Shown here in pieces: positions 33,396 through 44,029 of a stretch of DNA of 64,000 nt. Source of the DNA: an uncultured Gemmatimonadales bacterium. GTDB taxonomy: Bacteria > Gemmatimonadota > Gemmatimonadetes > Gemmatimonadales > GWC2-71-9. The notes below the pieces were generated by a model, which had not been told where the DNA came from, ran no database searches, and saw only the letters and a list, made by a program, of their open reading frames with translations. Each line of letters opens with the position of its first letter. The first letter of the stretch is position 1. The position numbers and the translations under genes were made by a program. The DNA lies in the NCBI GenBank assembly GCA_963739455.1, contig CAVUAK010000001.1:960001-1024000 (forward strand). The letters are read 5' to 3'.

Positions 33396-33428
33396 ATCCA
33401 TTATTGCAGATGAATGGATAAAACGCAA
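33396..33428 (-). promoter_or_regulatory. Sigma70-like promoter with overlapping inverted-repeat operator for sahR-ahcY
   Basis: Minus strand TTGCGT-N17-AATAAT; ATCCATT-N10-AATGGAT at 33396-33419. Confidence 0.65.
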
Positions 33429-33449
33429 GGGGGCGCTGGGAACGCCCCC
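33420..33449 (-). terminator. Putative intrinsic terminator
   Basis: GGGGGCG/CGCCCCC stem followed by TTGCGTTTT on the minus strand. Confidence 0.55.
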
Positions 33450-33460
33450 GCTTGGCGCCC

Positions 33461-33893
33461 CTATTCGACCGCTTCGCCCGTGATCAGCTTGAGCGACTTC
33501 TTCGCCATGTGGGCCACATCGTCGTTGCGATCGTCGAGCAGCTTCTGCAGCGCCGGTACGGCGGCCGCAGCGTCAGGGCCAATTTCGCCCAGGGCGAGCG
33601 CGCTCGAATAGCGCACCGGCCCACTCTCGTTGCCGAGGTTTTCGATCAGCGCCGGCACCGCGGGCTTGCGATTCCGCACCACCGTATCCCACTGCATATG
33701 CCGCCGCGACCCTGGTGTACGGAGCGGATGCGCCCAGGTCGGCGATCCAGGCGGAAAGCGGCCGGTCCTGGATGATGGGGTCAGTGCTCTTCTTGGCCTT
33801 CGGCTTGGACGTGGTCGTCTGCGCGAATGCCGATACCGTGACAACGGCGACAAGAACCAGCAGGGCGGCCAGCGTGCGCCGGAAGAACGTCAT
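33461..33893 (-). CDS. Small exported HEAT-repeat protein, frameshift near 33690
   Basis: Signal peptide SAFA-Q, AVPALIENL..VRYSSALALGEIG..AVPAL. Confidence 0.8.
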
Positions 33894-33920
33894 GAGGTCT
33901 CTCCTCGTACGGTCATACGA

Positions 33921-34778
33921 TCACTTGGTTCGCGAAAAGGTATCGCACTGGCGTGGATCGCCGGAGTCAAAGCCTCGGCGGAACCACATCATGCGCTGCT
34001 CGGAACTGCCGTGCGTGAACGACTCGGGGCTGACGCGCCCGGTCGACATCTTCTGCAGGTGATCGTCACCCACCGCCGCCGCCGCCCGGAGTCCCTGGTC
34101 GGCCTCGCCCGGATCGAGCTTGCCGCGCTGGGCCGCCGCGTGGCCCCAGACGCCGGCGTAGCAGTCGGCCTGCAACTCGAGGAGCACCGACGCCTGGTTC
34201 GCGACCTCGGGCCGCGACTGCTGCAGCTGGCTCACCTGCTGCGACGTGCCGAGCAGCGTCTGCACATGATGGCCGAGCTCGTGGGCCAGCACGTACGCCT
34301 GGGCGAACTCGCCCGATGCACCCATCTGCCCCAGCTGGTCCCAGAAGGAGAGGTCCACATAGACCTTCTGGTCCGCGGGACAGTAGAACGGTCCGCTCGC
34401 CGCCTGCGCCGTACCGCAACCCGACCGCACCACATCGCGGAACAGCACCAGCCGCGCGTCGCTGTACTGGGTGTTCATCGTCTGCGGCAGGAGCACGGCC
34501 CACACCGTGTCCTGGGCATCGTTCAGCACCCACGACATGAACTGGACCGCCTTCTCCTCACGCGGATCGTCGATCGGCGCCGGTTCGGCGGAGGGGCCGC
34601 TGGAAAGGCCGCCGGCACCGCCCGCCAGGCTCAGGAAGTCCTGCTTGAAGATCAGGCTCAGCACCACCAGGACGACGATGCCTCCCAGGCCCAGGCCCCG
34701 GCCGCCGCCGAAACCGCCAGGCGACGCGCCGCGCCGATCTTCAAGGTTCTCGCTCCTGCCACCGGGCGTCCAGCGCAT
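33921..34778 (-). CDS. Neutral zinc metallopeptidase (YpfJ-like)
   Basis: SENLEDRR, GPFYCPAD, AHELGHHVQ, ELQADC, FTHGSS. Confidence 0.93.
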   Translation of the reverse strand: MRWTPGGRSENLEDRRGASPGGFGGGRGLGLGGIVVLVVLSLIFKQDFLSLAGGAGGLSSGPSAEPAPIDDPREEKAVQFMSWVLNDAQDTVWAVLLPQTMNTQYSDARLVLFRDVVRSGCGTAQAASGPFYCPADQKVYVDLSFWDQLGQMGASGEFAQAYVLAHELGHHVQTLLGTSQQVSQLQQSRPEVANQASVLLELQADCYAGVWGHAAAQRGKLDPGEADQGLRAAAAVGDDHLQKMSTGRVSPESFTHGSSEQRMMWFRRGFDSGDPRQCDTFSRTK

Positions 34779-34960
34779 TACGACCTCCAATCTGTTTCGA
34801 CCAAGATAGCCGGAGCCGGAAACTATCCCGGGTATGCTCTCCGTACGGTGTCGAGCTACTTGTACCGGCTCTCATTCTACACGTTTCAGGGTTATACGTT
34901 CAGGGCAGTTCGTCCCGTTGGTTCACCTCGTTGTGCGCACGATCTTCCAGGAGCATCCGC

Positions 34961-36314
34961 TTGATCCGTCAGGGCGCCCTCGTCACCGCCTTCACCGTTG
35001 GTTGTGTCTCGTCCATTGCTGCCCAGGCCGGCTCTCCCGCCGGCCCTGTTCCCGTCGAGCGGCTGACCGCCCGGCGCGATGGACTGGCGCGCGTCATGGT
35101 CAGCGGCATTGCCGTCCTTCGCTCATCTACCGAGAAGAACATCGAGGGCGACTACCCCCAGGATTCCGACTACCGGGAATCCAACGACTTCTTCTACCTG
35201 ACGGGCATCGAGTCGAAGGATTCGTGGCTCGTCGTCGTGGCCGACTCGGGCAAGCCCACGCGCGTGACGCTGTATCTCCCACCCCGCGATCCCCAGTCGG
35301 AGCGCTGGACCGGGCCAACCCTCGGGCCGGGCACTGAGGCTACGGCCCTCACGGGCGTCACGGACGTGCGCAGCGCCGACAGCGCCGAGACCCAGATCAA
35401 GAACCTGCTGCAGGCCCGCACCTGGTCGCGGAAGGGCGGCTCCCTCTTCGTGGACCGGAGCCAGCGCTCGCGACAGGATGCTTTCCTGCGCGACCTGGTG
35501 TTCAGCGGTGAGCGCGACGAATTCATGCTTCCCGCCGTCAACCTTCCTGCCGCGGTGGCGCAGCTGCGCCTGGTCAAGGATGCCGACGAGATCCGCCGCA
35601 TGCGGGCCGCGATCGACCTGACGGCCGAATCACAGGTCGATGTCATGAAGGTCGTCAAGCCGGGCATGACCGAGTACCAGGTGGAGGCACTGATCGAGAG
35701 CGGGTTCCGCAGCCGTGGCGCTGAGCGGCTCGGGTTCCCCAGCATCATCGGGTCGGGCCCGAACTCCACCACGCTGCACTATGACAAGAACCGTCGTACC
35801 ATCGCGGCCGGTGACCTGGTGGTGATGGATGTAGGCGGGGAGTACGGCTACTACTCGGCCGACGTCACCCGCACCGTGCCGAGCCGACGGGAAGTTCACG
35901 CCGCGCCAGCGCGCAGATCTACGACCTTGTGCTTGCGACCCAGCAGGTGGGCATCGACTCGGTGCGGCCGGGCATGACCATCGGCCGGCTGAACCAGATC
36001 AGCCGGGAATACATGAAGGAGCATTCCGGGACGCTCTGCGGCAACACCACCTGCGACAGCTACTACATCCACGGCCTGTCGCACTGGCTCGGCATGGACG
36101 TGCACGATGTCGGCGACTACACCACGCCGTTCGCCCCCGGCATGGTCCTCACCGTGGAACCCGGGCATCTACATCCCCGATGAGCAGCTCGGCATCCGGA
36201 TCGAGGATGACGTGCTGGTCACCGCCACCGGTCATGAGCTGTTGTCGAACAAGGCTCCGCGCTCACCCGACGAGATCGAGAAGACCATGAAGATCCGGCA
36301 AGAAGGGGAAGTAG
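34961..36314 (+). CDS. pepP: Xaa-Pro aminopeptidase (M24B), several frameshifts after 35880
   Basis: FFYLTG, TLHY, MDVGGE..ADVTRT, HGLSHWLGMDVHD, TVEPG, IRIEDD. Confidence 0.92.
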
Positions 36315-36315
36315 C

Positions 36316-36802
36316 ATGCGTGATCGATCGCCGGTTCTTGCGGCTCTCGCCGCGCTTTGCGTCGTCGCGTCCCCTCGCGGGGCACAGGCGGCGTCATCGG
36401 GCGACGAGGCCGCGGTGCGTGCCGTCATCGCCCAGCTTTTCGACGGAATGCGCGCCCGTGACTCGCTCATGGTCGCCGGTGCCTTTGCTCCGGGGGCCAA
36501 GCTCATTTCGTCCGGCATGAAGAAGGGCGCCCCCGCGGTCGACCCGATTGCGGCCACCGAGTTCGCGTCAATGGTCGGCAAGGCCACTGGTGCGAAGTGG
36601 GACGAGCGGATCGCACGACGTCACGATGCAGTTCGACAACGGGACCCTGGCGGCCGTCTGGGCTCCGTACGAGTTCTACCTTGGCGACACGCTCAGCCAT
36701 TGCGGCGTCGACGCGTTCCATGTCGCAAAGCTTCCCGAGGGCTGGAAGATCATCGCCCTCTCCGATACGCACCGGCGCGAAGGTTGCGGACAGGGCAAGT
36801 AG
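36316..36802 (+). CDS. Exported NTF2/SnoaL-like protein, frameshift near 36612
   Basis: LFDGMRARD, WDERI, VWAPYEFY, HCGVDAF, GWKI. Confidence 0.8.
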
Positions 36803-36837
36803 GCGATCGCGGCGCCCCGCGCCTTCAGGAGGACGAG

Positions 36838-38383
36838 ATGCAGAAGAAGTGGCTGAGTTTACTGGTGGTTCCGGTCGTGGCGGTGGCCGCGATGTCGGTG
36901 CTCGCGGCCGGCGCGCCGCAGCGCGACGGGGCAAGACTGTTGGACCAGGTTATGGCGCGGCTGCAACGGGAGGCCATCGATTCGATCTCCCAGGACGAGA
37001 TCTACGAGCGGGCCGCCCGTGGGCTGGTGCGCCAGATCGATGACCCCTATGCCGCCCTCTTCTCGCCCGAGGAGCTCGCGCGCTTCTCCCGTGAGAGCCT
37101 GGGCAATTCCTACGGTGGCGTCGGTCTGCTGATCGAGGACCAGGACGGCGCCATCGTGGTGACCCGGGTCTTCGCCGACACCCCCGGGGAGCACAGCGGT
37201 ATCGTGGCCGGCGACCGGATCCTCGAGGTCAACGGCGAGTCGGTGAAGGGCTTCAAGCTGGACCAGGTGTCGCGCCGGCTTCTGGGCACGCCGGGCACGC
37301 CGGTGGCGCTGATGATTTCCCGCGAAGGCGCTCCGGCCCCGCAGAAATACGACCTCGTCCGCGCCACGGTCCATGTGCCGAGCGTCCCGATCGCGATCGT
37401 GCTCGATGGCGGCATCGGGTACGTATCGCTCCAGCGCTTCAACGACGTGGCCAGCGAGGAACTGGGGCGCGCCGTTGCCCGGCTGCAGAGTCAGGGCGCG
37501 CGCGGGCTGGTGCTCGACCTCCGCGGCAATCCCGGCGGCGACGTGGAGCAGTCGGTGCGCGTCACCAACCTGTTCCTGCCGCCCGGCGAGGACGTGGTCA
37601 CGGTGAAGTACCGGAGCCGTCCCGCCGACGAGCGACGCACGGTCGCCGTCCCGGTGGCGCCCGACATCCCGCTCGTGGTGCTCACCGACAGCAACACTGC
37701 CTCCGCCGCCGAGATCGTGGCCGGTGCGCTGCAGGACCATGACCGCGCGGTCCTGCTCGGCACCACGTCGTACGGCAAGGGCGTCGTGCAGACGCTGTAT
37801 CCGCTCGACGGCGGGTGGATGCTCAAGCTGACGAATGCGAAGTGGTATACCCCGAGCGGCCGGTCGATCCAGCGGGATCACCAGCCGAAGAACGACTCGC
37901 TGCCGCCGGCCGATACCACGCGTCCGGCCTTCCGCTCCGACAATGGCCGTATCGTGCTGGGTGGTGGCGGTATCGTGCCGGACGTGGTGATCGGCGCCGG
38001 ACACGCTTACCACCATCGAGCAGGTGGTGCAGCGCGCGCTGTCGGCGAAGGCGCGGGAGTCGAATACGACGCTGTCGCAGATGACGAAGGAACTGAAGCC
38101 GAAGGTGCGCTACAACTTCACCGTGCAGCAGGCCTGGCGGGACACGCTGTACCAGCGACTCACCCGGTCGGGCGTGGAGATCACGCGCGCCCAGTACGAC
38201 TCGAGTCGTGCCCTCATCGACCGGCTCATCGAGCAGCGCCTCAGCCGGTCTGCCTTCGGCGACTCGGCTGCCTTCCGCCGCTGGGCACCGGAAGACCCGC
38301 AGCTGCACAAGGCGGTCGAGTTGCTGGGCGGGGCAAAGTCACAGCAGGAGCTGCTGGCGGTGGTGATAAAGGAAGAGGGCTAG
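36838..38383 (+). CDS. ctpA: S41 family C-terminal processing protease with PDZ, frameshift near 37998
   Basis: DPY, GVG, DLRGNPGG, TASAAEI, GKGVVQ, YTPSGRSIQ. Confidence 0.92.
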
Positions 38384-38405
38384 CCGTCCTCCAGCGCAGC
38401 AAGAA

Positions 38406-38441
38406 ACGGGGAGCAGGCCGGTGCTGCTCCCCGTCTTTCTT
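38406..38441 (+). terminator. Intrinsic terminator, possibly bidirectional
   Basis: ACGGGGAGCAG/CTGCTCCCCGT stem followed by CTTTCTT and preceded by AAGAA. Confidence 0.75.
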
Positions 38442-38539
38442 GTTGCGAGCACCGCCCCTATCCAAAACCGTTCCTGAGGGTCAATCTCTTGGGGGAGCGC
38501 CCTGCCAGTGAACCCGCCTGAAGGTGACCGGAGCCACCA

Positions 38540-39406
38540 ATGGGAAAGAAGGACAAGTCCCACAAGTCCAAGGGGAAGAAGCACGACGATGACAGCGCCG
38601 TTTCGCCGGTCATGGACGCCGGCACGGCGGATCGCGAGCCACTCTCCGGCAAGGAGTATGAGCGCGAGCTCAGGCGCTTGCATGTCGAGTTGGTCAAGCT
38701 CCAGGAATGGGTCAAGCGGAAGGGCCTCAAGATCTGCATCCTCTTCGAGGGGCGGGATGGCGCCGGCAAGGGGGGCACGATCAAGGCGATCACTGAACGC
38801 GTCAGTCCACGCGTGTTCCGGGTGGTGGCGCTCCCGGCGCCGACGGAGCGCGAGCTGTCACAGATGTATGCCCAGCGCTACCTCCATCACCTGCCCGCTG
38901 CGGGCGAGATCGTCATCTTCGATCGCAGCTGGTACAACCGCGCCGGGGTCGAGCGGGTGATGGGCTTCTGCACCGAGGAGGAGGCCCAGGGCTTCCTCAA
39001 GGTCATACCACATGTCGAGAAGCTGATGGTCGGGTCCGGCATCCTGCTGCTCAAGTACTGGCTCGAGGTAAGTCCGGAGGAGCAGCAGCGGCGACTGGAA
39101 TCGCGGATCGATGACGGTCGCAAGATCTGGAAGCTCTCGCCCATGGACGTGAAGTCCTTCGACCACTGGGACGATTACACGAGGGCTCGCGACGAGATGT
39201 TCGCCGCCACCGACTCCGAGTGGGCGCCCTGGTTCGTGGCCCGTTCGGAGGACAAGAAGCGTGTACGCCTCAACGTGATCCGCCACCTCCTCGACCAGGT
39301 GGACTACAAGGACCCGAAGGCGGACCGGGTCGAGCTGCCCCGGCGAAAGATCGGCCGTTACCAGGCCGTCGACTATCCGTTCAAGTACGTCCCCGAACCA
39401 TTCTGA
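38540..39406 (+). CDS. ppk2: Polyphosphate kinase 2
   Basis: FEGRDGAGKGG, FDRSWYNRAGVERVMGFC, KLSPMD. Confidence 0.96.
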   Translation: MGKKDKSHKSKGKKHDDDSAVSPVMDAGTADREPLSGKEYERELRRLHVELVKLQEWVKRKGLKICILFEGRDGAGKGGTIKAITERVSPRVFRVVALPAPTERELSQMYAQRYLHHLPAAGEIVIFDRSWYNRAGVERVMGFCTEEEAQGFLKVIPHVEKLMVGSGILLLKYWLEVSPEEQQRRLESRIDDGRKIWKLSPMDVKSFDHWDDYTRARDEMFAATDSEWAPWFVARSEDKKRVRLNVIRHLLDQVDYKDPKADRVELPRRKIGRYQAVDYPFKYVPEPF

Positions 39407-39410
39407 GCTC

Positions 39411-40496
39411 ATGCCAGCACCCTTGACCAGTGGCTCCTACGACGACCTGGTCAGCCGCCTCGTCCTGATCTTCGGCGTCGCCGTCATTGCCGCTGTCAGC
39501 GTCTGGATCATGGCGCCTTTCCTGCCCGCCATGCTCTGGGCGTGCACCATTGCGGTGGCGACCTGGCCCCTCCTGCTCCGCCTTGAGGCGGCCTTTGGAG
39601 GGAGGCGCTGGGTGGCGACATCATTGCTCATCCTGCTCCTCCTCCTGGGCTTCTTCATTCCGTTGCTGCTGGTGACGGAGACGGTTGTCTCGCATGCGGA
39701 TGACGCAGCCAAGCTTGCCAACGACCTCTCGACCAACGGCCTGCCGGCCCCGCCCGCCTGGCTGGAGCGAATTCCCCTCGCCGGCCGCCGGCTCGCCGCC
39801 GAATGGGCGGCGATGGCCCAGCTGGACGAGTCGGCACTGTACGAGCGCCTGGCGCCGGCCCTCAAGGCAGTGACCCAGTGGCTGCTCGGCAGCGCGGGGA
39901 GCCTGCTGCGACTGGTACTGCAGGTGGTCCTGACGGCAGTGATCACCGCGATGCTCTACGCCAAGGGCGAGATTGTCGCTGGTGGCCTTCGTGCTTTCTT
40001 CCGTCGAGTGGGTGGCGAGGGAGCCGACGCCCTTGTCCTGCTGGCCGGGAACGCGGCACGAGCGGTGGCGCTGGGTGTCGTGGTGACGGCGCTGCTTCAG
40101 TCGCTCCTGACGGGCGTCGCCCTGGCACTCGCCGGCGTACCCGCCGCCGCCGTGCTTGGAGGCCTGGCACTCGTCCTCTGTCTCGCGCAGGTGGGGCCGC
40201 TCATCATCCTCGTTGCCGCGGTGGCATGGCTCTACTGGTCGAAGCAGGTCACGGCGGCCACGGTGCTCGCGGTCGCATCGATCGGGCTCGTCTCCATGGA
40301 CAACATCCTGAAGCCGATCCTCATTACCCGCGGCGCCAACCTGCCGCTGCTGCTCGTGTTCGTCGGCGTCATCGGCGGCATGCTTGCGTTCGGCCTCATC
40401 GGCATCTTTATCGGGCCGGTCGTGCTCGCCGTATGCTGGACACTGGTGCAGGCCTGGGTGAGGAGCGACTCGGTCGACGCTTCGTCGTCGGGCTAG
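39411..40496 (+). CDS. AI-2E family transporter (YdiK-like)
   Basis: ATWP, MDNILKP, GVIGGMLAFGLIGIFIGPV. Confidence 0.9.
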   Translation: MPAPLTSGSYDDLVSRLVLIFGVAVIAAVSVWIMAPFLPAMLWACTIAVATWPLLLRLEAAFGGRRWVATSLLILLLLLGFFIPLLLVTETVVSHADDAAKLANDLSTNGLPAPPAWLERIPLAGRRLAAEWAAMAQLDESALYERLAPALKAVTQWLLGSAGSLLRLVLQVVLTAVITAMLYAKGEIVAGGLRAFFRRVGGEGADALVLLAGNAARAVALGVVVTALLQSLLTGVALALAGVPAAAVLGGLALVLCLAQVGPLIILVAAVAWLYWSKQVTAATVLAVASIGLVSMDNILKPILITRGANLPLLLVFVGVIGGMLAFGLIGIFIGPVVLAVCWTLVQAWVRSDSVDASSSG

Positions 40497-41657
40497 GTGA
40501 CGATGGCAGCAGCGACACTCGTTCGAGGAGCTGCCGCTGTGCTGGTGATCCTGGCGCTGCTCGCAGTGCCCGCCCCGTTGCTGCCGCCGCATGCGCTCGC
40601 CGAGGCCGTCCAATCACTACTTGGTGTGAGCTGGAAGGCGGCGTATCTCATTGCCGCGCTGGGATTGCAGTCTGTTTTCTACGGGTCGCTTGGCGTGCTG
40701 GCGACGTTTGCGCTGAGCCGGGCCGAGGGCCGGCGCGAGCGGGTGTTGCAGCTGGCGTTCATGCCGTGGGCCCTGGTGGGAACGGCGCTCGCCGTCCGGT
40801 CACTGAAAGCGGGGCACCTGCCGGTCTGGACCAACGCCATCGTGCCGGTCACCGCCTGTCTGGCTGGTGCGGGCCTCGGACTCGGCCTGCGGTATGACAG
40901 ATGGAAGGCGACGCTGGCAGTGACGGTGGCCGTCATCGGGGTGACACTGTGGGCGTGGCGCGCAGATCCCCCGTCGGCGCTGCGTCACGCCACGAGCAGT
41001 GGTCTGCGACGACTCGTCGCCATTGATTCAACTTCACTGCCACCCGATGGCGACACGCGCTTTGGAGTCCTGGTGCGAACCGCTTTCAATTCCTCGCCAG
41101 AGGAAGTTGCGCGCACCAGCGCAATCGACCGGAACCGGGCCGCCATCCTGGCACTTGGTATCGCCGTCGGGGACGGGCGGCTGGCACGGCTGGTTGGATT
41201 GGAGCAGGACACTGCGCTGGTGCGCCGGGCGGTGCTGGTGGGCAGCGGCGCCTCGCTGCGCGGGCGGAACGACTGGTCAAAGCACTACACCGTCAGCGCG
41301 GCGCTGGCGGTGCTTGAGCACCCACTCGTGAGCGATGCGGCCGGCCTGATGAAGGAACAGCTGGATGCCCTGGCACAAGGCAGCGGTTTCTCGTTCGGCG
41401 ACCTGGCGGCCGACCGTGCGGGCATCAGGTTTTCCGCGGCGGCCACGCGTTCAGACGCTGCGGCGCAGGCGATGCAGGCCCGGCTGCGAGACGGCTTTTC
41501 CGTGACTGATTTCTTCCCGTCGATTGCCGACCTTCCTGAAGACCTCACCGTCGAACAGTTCCGTCGTGACTACGGCGGCATCGGCAGCAAGGAATACCAC
41601 CGGGCCACCGCGGGCATCGAGGCGCGCCTGGATAGTTGCCCTGGACTTTCGCCGTAG
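40497..41657 (+). CDS. Membrane protein with C-terminal YfiM/DUF2279-like motif domain
   Basis: N-terminal TM helices, DWSKHYTVSA, KEQLD, GSGFSFGDLAADRAG. Confidence 0.6.
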   Translation: MTMAAATLVRGAAAVLVILALLAVPAPLLPPHALAEAVQSLLGVSWKAAYLIAALGLQSVFYGSLGVLATFALSRAEGRRERVLQLAFMPWALVGTALAVRSLKAGHLPVWTNAIVPVTACLAGAGLGLGLRYDRWKATLAVTVAVIGVTLWAWRADPPSALRHATSSGLRRLVAIDSTSLPPDGDTRFGVLVRTAFNSSPEEVARTSAIDRNRAAILALGIAVGDGRLARLVGLEQDTALVRRAVLVGSGASLRGRNDWSKHYTVSAALAVLEHPLVSDAAGLMKEQLDALAQGSGFSFGDLAADRAGIRFSAAATRSDAAAQAMQARLRDGFSVTDFFPSIADLPEDLTVEQFRRDYGGIGSKEYHRATAGIEARLDSCPGLSP

Positions 41658-41694
41658 GCGGGATCATGGACCCTGAAGCACCCTCGGTACCCTG

Positions 41695-43356
41695 ATGCTG
41701 AGCCGGTCGATTCCCGCCCTGGGTTGGCTGCGATCATACGAGGGGTCCTGGCTGCGGGGCGATATCGTTGCCGGCATCACGCTCGCGGCATACGTACTGC
41801 CCGCCGCGCTGGGTGACGCCTCGCTGGCCAACTTGCCGCCCGAGGCCGGGCTCTACGCGTGCCTGTGGGGCGGCCTTGTCTACTGGCTCTTCTGCAGCGC
41901 CCGGTACACCACGGTCTCGGTCACTTCCGCGATCTCGCTCCTCGTGGGTGCGTCGCTCGGCGGCATCGCGGACGGGGACGCCACCCGGTTCAGCGCCCTC
42001 GCCGCGGGCACCGCACTTCTCGTGGCCCTGATCGCGTTCGCCGGCTGGCTGGCGTCGGCCGGTGCAATCGTCAGCTTCATCTCCGAGAGTGTGATGGTCG
42101 GGTTCAAGTGTGGCGTGGCACTCTTCCTTGCCAGCACGCAGTTGCCGAAGCTCTTCGGCATCCACGGCACGCACGGCAATTTCTGGCAGAACAGCGGCAA
42201 CTTTCTTACGCACCTGCAGGAAACCAACGCTCCATCGCTGATCATCGGTGGGATTGCGCTGGCGGTGCTCGTGCTCGGGAAGGCGCTCCTGCCGAACAAG
42301 CCCGTGGCATTGCTGGTAGTGGCCGGCGGTATCGCCGCCTCCGCGTGGCTTGGCCTCGAGGCAATGGGAGTAAAGCTGCTCGGCACCGTACCGCAGGGCC
42401 TGCCCGCACCCGGATTGCCGGCGATCGGCTGGGCGGACCTCAATAGCCTGCTCCCGCTCGCGATCGCCTGCTTCATGCTGGCGGCGGTAGAGACCGCCGC
42501 CATCGGCCGCACCTTTGCGACGAAGCATGGCGACCACCTCGACGCGAACCAGGAACTCCTGGCGCTCGCGGCGTCGAACCTCGCTGCCGGACTCGGGCGC
42601 GGCTTCCCCGTGAGTGGCGGCATGTCTCAGTCGCTGGTCAACGAGGGCGGGGGGGCGCGCACACCGCTATCCGGCGCCTTCGCGTCGGGAATCATTCTCG
42701 TGGTGGTGCTCTTCTTTTCGCACCTGCTGGCTGCACTGCCCCAGCCGGTGCTGGCGGCCATCGTCCTCCTTGCTGTCACCGGGTTGTTCAACGTGAGCGC
42801 CCTCAAGCACCTCTGGCGCGCCGACAGGGCGGAGTTCCTGGTGGCGATGGCCTCCCTGGCCGGTGTCCTGAGTTCGGGACTGCTGCGCGGCGTGCTGATC
42901 GGCGCGATCATCTCGATGGTGCTGGTGATCCGGCGCGCGTCGAAGCCCAATGTGGCGCTGCTCGGACGCATCCCGGGCACGCGCCGATTCTCCGACCTGG
43001 AACGCCATACGGACAACGAACAGGCTCCCGGGGTGATGGTGTTCCGCCCGGAATCGGGCCTCTTTTATTTCAACGCTGATCACGTACGCGATAGCATCCT
43101 GCACCGCGTCGCCGCCCAGGACTCGCCGCCCAGGCTAGTGGTGCTCGACCTGTCGGCCGCGCCCTACGTTGACCTGCATGCGGCGCAGATGCTGGGGACC
43201 CTGGCGGAATCGTTGAAGGCGATGGGATCGCAGGTACATGTGGTCGAGGCGCATTCCGGCGTGCGGGACCGGATTCGGGCGGAAGGCCTGGACGCGCGTC
43301 TCGGCGGGATGAGTCGGGTCACCAGTGTCGCCGACGCCGTGGAGGCCGCGACCTAG
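41695..43356 (+). CDS. SulP family anion transporter with STAS domain
   Basis: DIVAGITLA, GLY, NQELLA, GGMSQS, FYFNA, VVLDLS. Confidence 0.93.
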   Translation: MLSRSIPALGWLRSYEGSWLRGDIVAGITLAAYVLPAALGDASLANLPPEAGLYACLWGGLVYWLFCSARYTTVSVTSAISLLVGASLGGIADGDATRFSALAAGTALLVALIAFAGWLASAGAIVSFISESVMVGFKCGVALFLASTQLPKLFGIHGTHGNFWQNSGNFLTHLQETNAPSLIIGGIALAVLVLGKALLPNKPVALLVVAGGIAASAWLGLEAMGVKLLGTVPQGLPAPGLPAIGWADLNSLLPLAIACFMLAAVETAAIGRTFATKHGDHLDANQELLALAASNLAAGLGRGFPVSGGMSQSLVNEGGGARTPLSGAFASGIILVVVLFFSHLLAALPQPVLAAIVLLAVTGLFNVSALKHLWRADRAEFLVAMASLAGVLSSGLLRGVLIGAIISMVLVIRRASKPNVALLGRIPGTRRFSDLERHTDNEQAPGVMVFRPESGLFYFNADHVRDSILHRVAAQDSPPRLVVLDLSAAPYVDLHAAQMLGTLAESLKAMGSQVHVVEAHSGVRDRIRAEGLDARLGGMSRVTSVADAVEAAT

Positions 43357-43357
43357 C

Positions 43358-44008
43358 GTGAGTATCCGCTCGCTGCGCGTCCTGGAGCCGGGCGAGCGCA
43401 TCTCCGAGGCGCTGTTTGGCCTGATCATGGTCCTCACCTTCACCGGCTCGCTCAGCGTCGTGAATGCCGGTCGGGCCGACGTAGGTGCAATGCTCATCGG
43501 CGCGCTCGGGTGCAACCTCGCCTGGGGAATCATTGATGGGATCCTGTACCTCATGGGCTGCCTTGGCGAGCAGGGCCGCAGTATCCGGAGTCTCCGGGCG
43601 CTGCAGGAGTCCACCACGCCAGAGGAGGCCCAACGCGCGATCGCGGGTGCGCTGCCGCCGATGGTCGCGGCTGCGCTCGATGCTGCGGACTACGAGACCC
43701 TGCGCCGGAAACTGGTCAACTTACCACCGGCCCCACGGCACGCATCACTCGACAGCAGGGCCTGGCTCGGCGCGCTCGCCGTCTTTCTCTGGGTCTTCGT
43801 CATGACGCTGCCGGTGGCGCTCCCCTTCGCGTACATAAACGACATCCGTCTCGCCATGCGCGTGTCCAACGCGGTTGCTGTTGCCCTCCTGTTCCTGTGC
43901 GGAGTTGCCCTCGGCCGCGCGGTACACCATCGTCCGTGGCTTACCGGCCTCGGCATGGTTGGGTTGGGACTCGCGCTCGTGGGCCTCACCATCAAGCTTG
44001 GAGGGTGA
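43358..44008 (+). CDS. VIT1/CCC1-like membrane protein
   Basis: SEALFGLIMVLTFT, GCNLAWGIIDG, multiple TMs. Confidence 0.7.
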   Translation: MSIRSLRVLEPGERISEALFGLIMVLTFTGSLSVVNAGRADVGAMLIGALGCNLAWGIIDGILYLMGCLGEQGRSIRSLRALQESTTPEEAQRAIAGALPPMVAAALDAADYETLRRKLVNLPPAPRHASLDSRAWLGALAVFLWVFVMTLPVALPFAYINDIRLAMRVSNAVAVALLFLCGVALGRAVHHRPWLTGLGMVGLGLALVGLTIKLGG

Positions 44009-44029
44009 GGGAGTCGACTCGCATGAGAG

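Noticed and set aside
38445..38539. Glycine-riboswitch-like fragments (AATCTCT, GGAG, CGCCTGAAGG) before ppk2
   Set aside because: Elements are incomplete and out of order, and the downstream gene is unrelated
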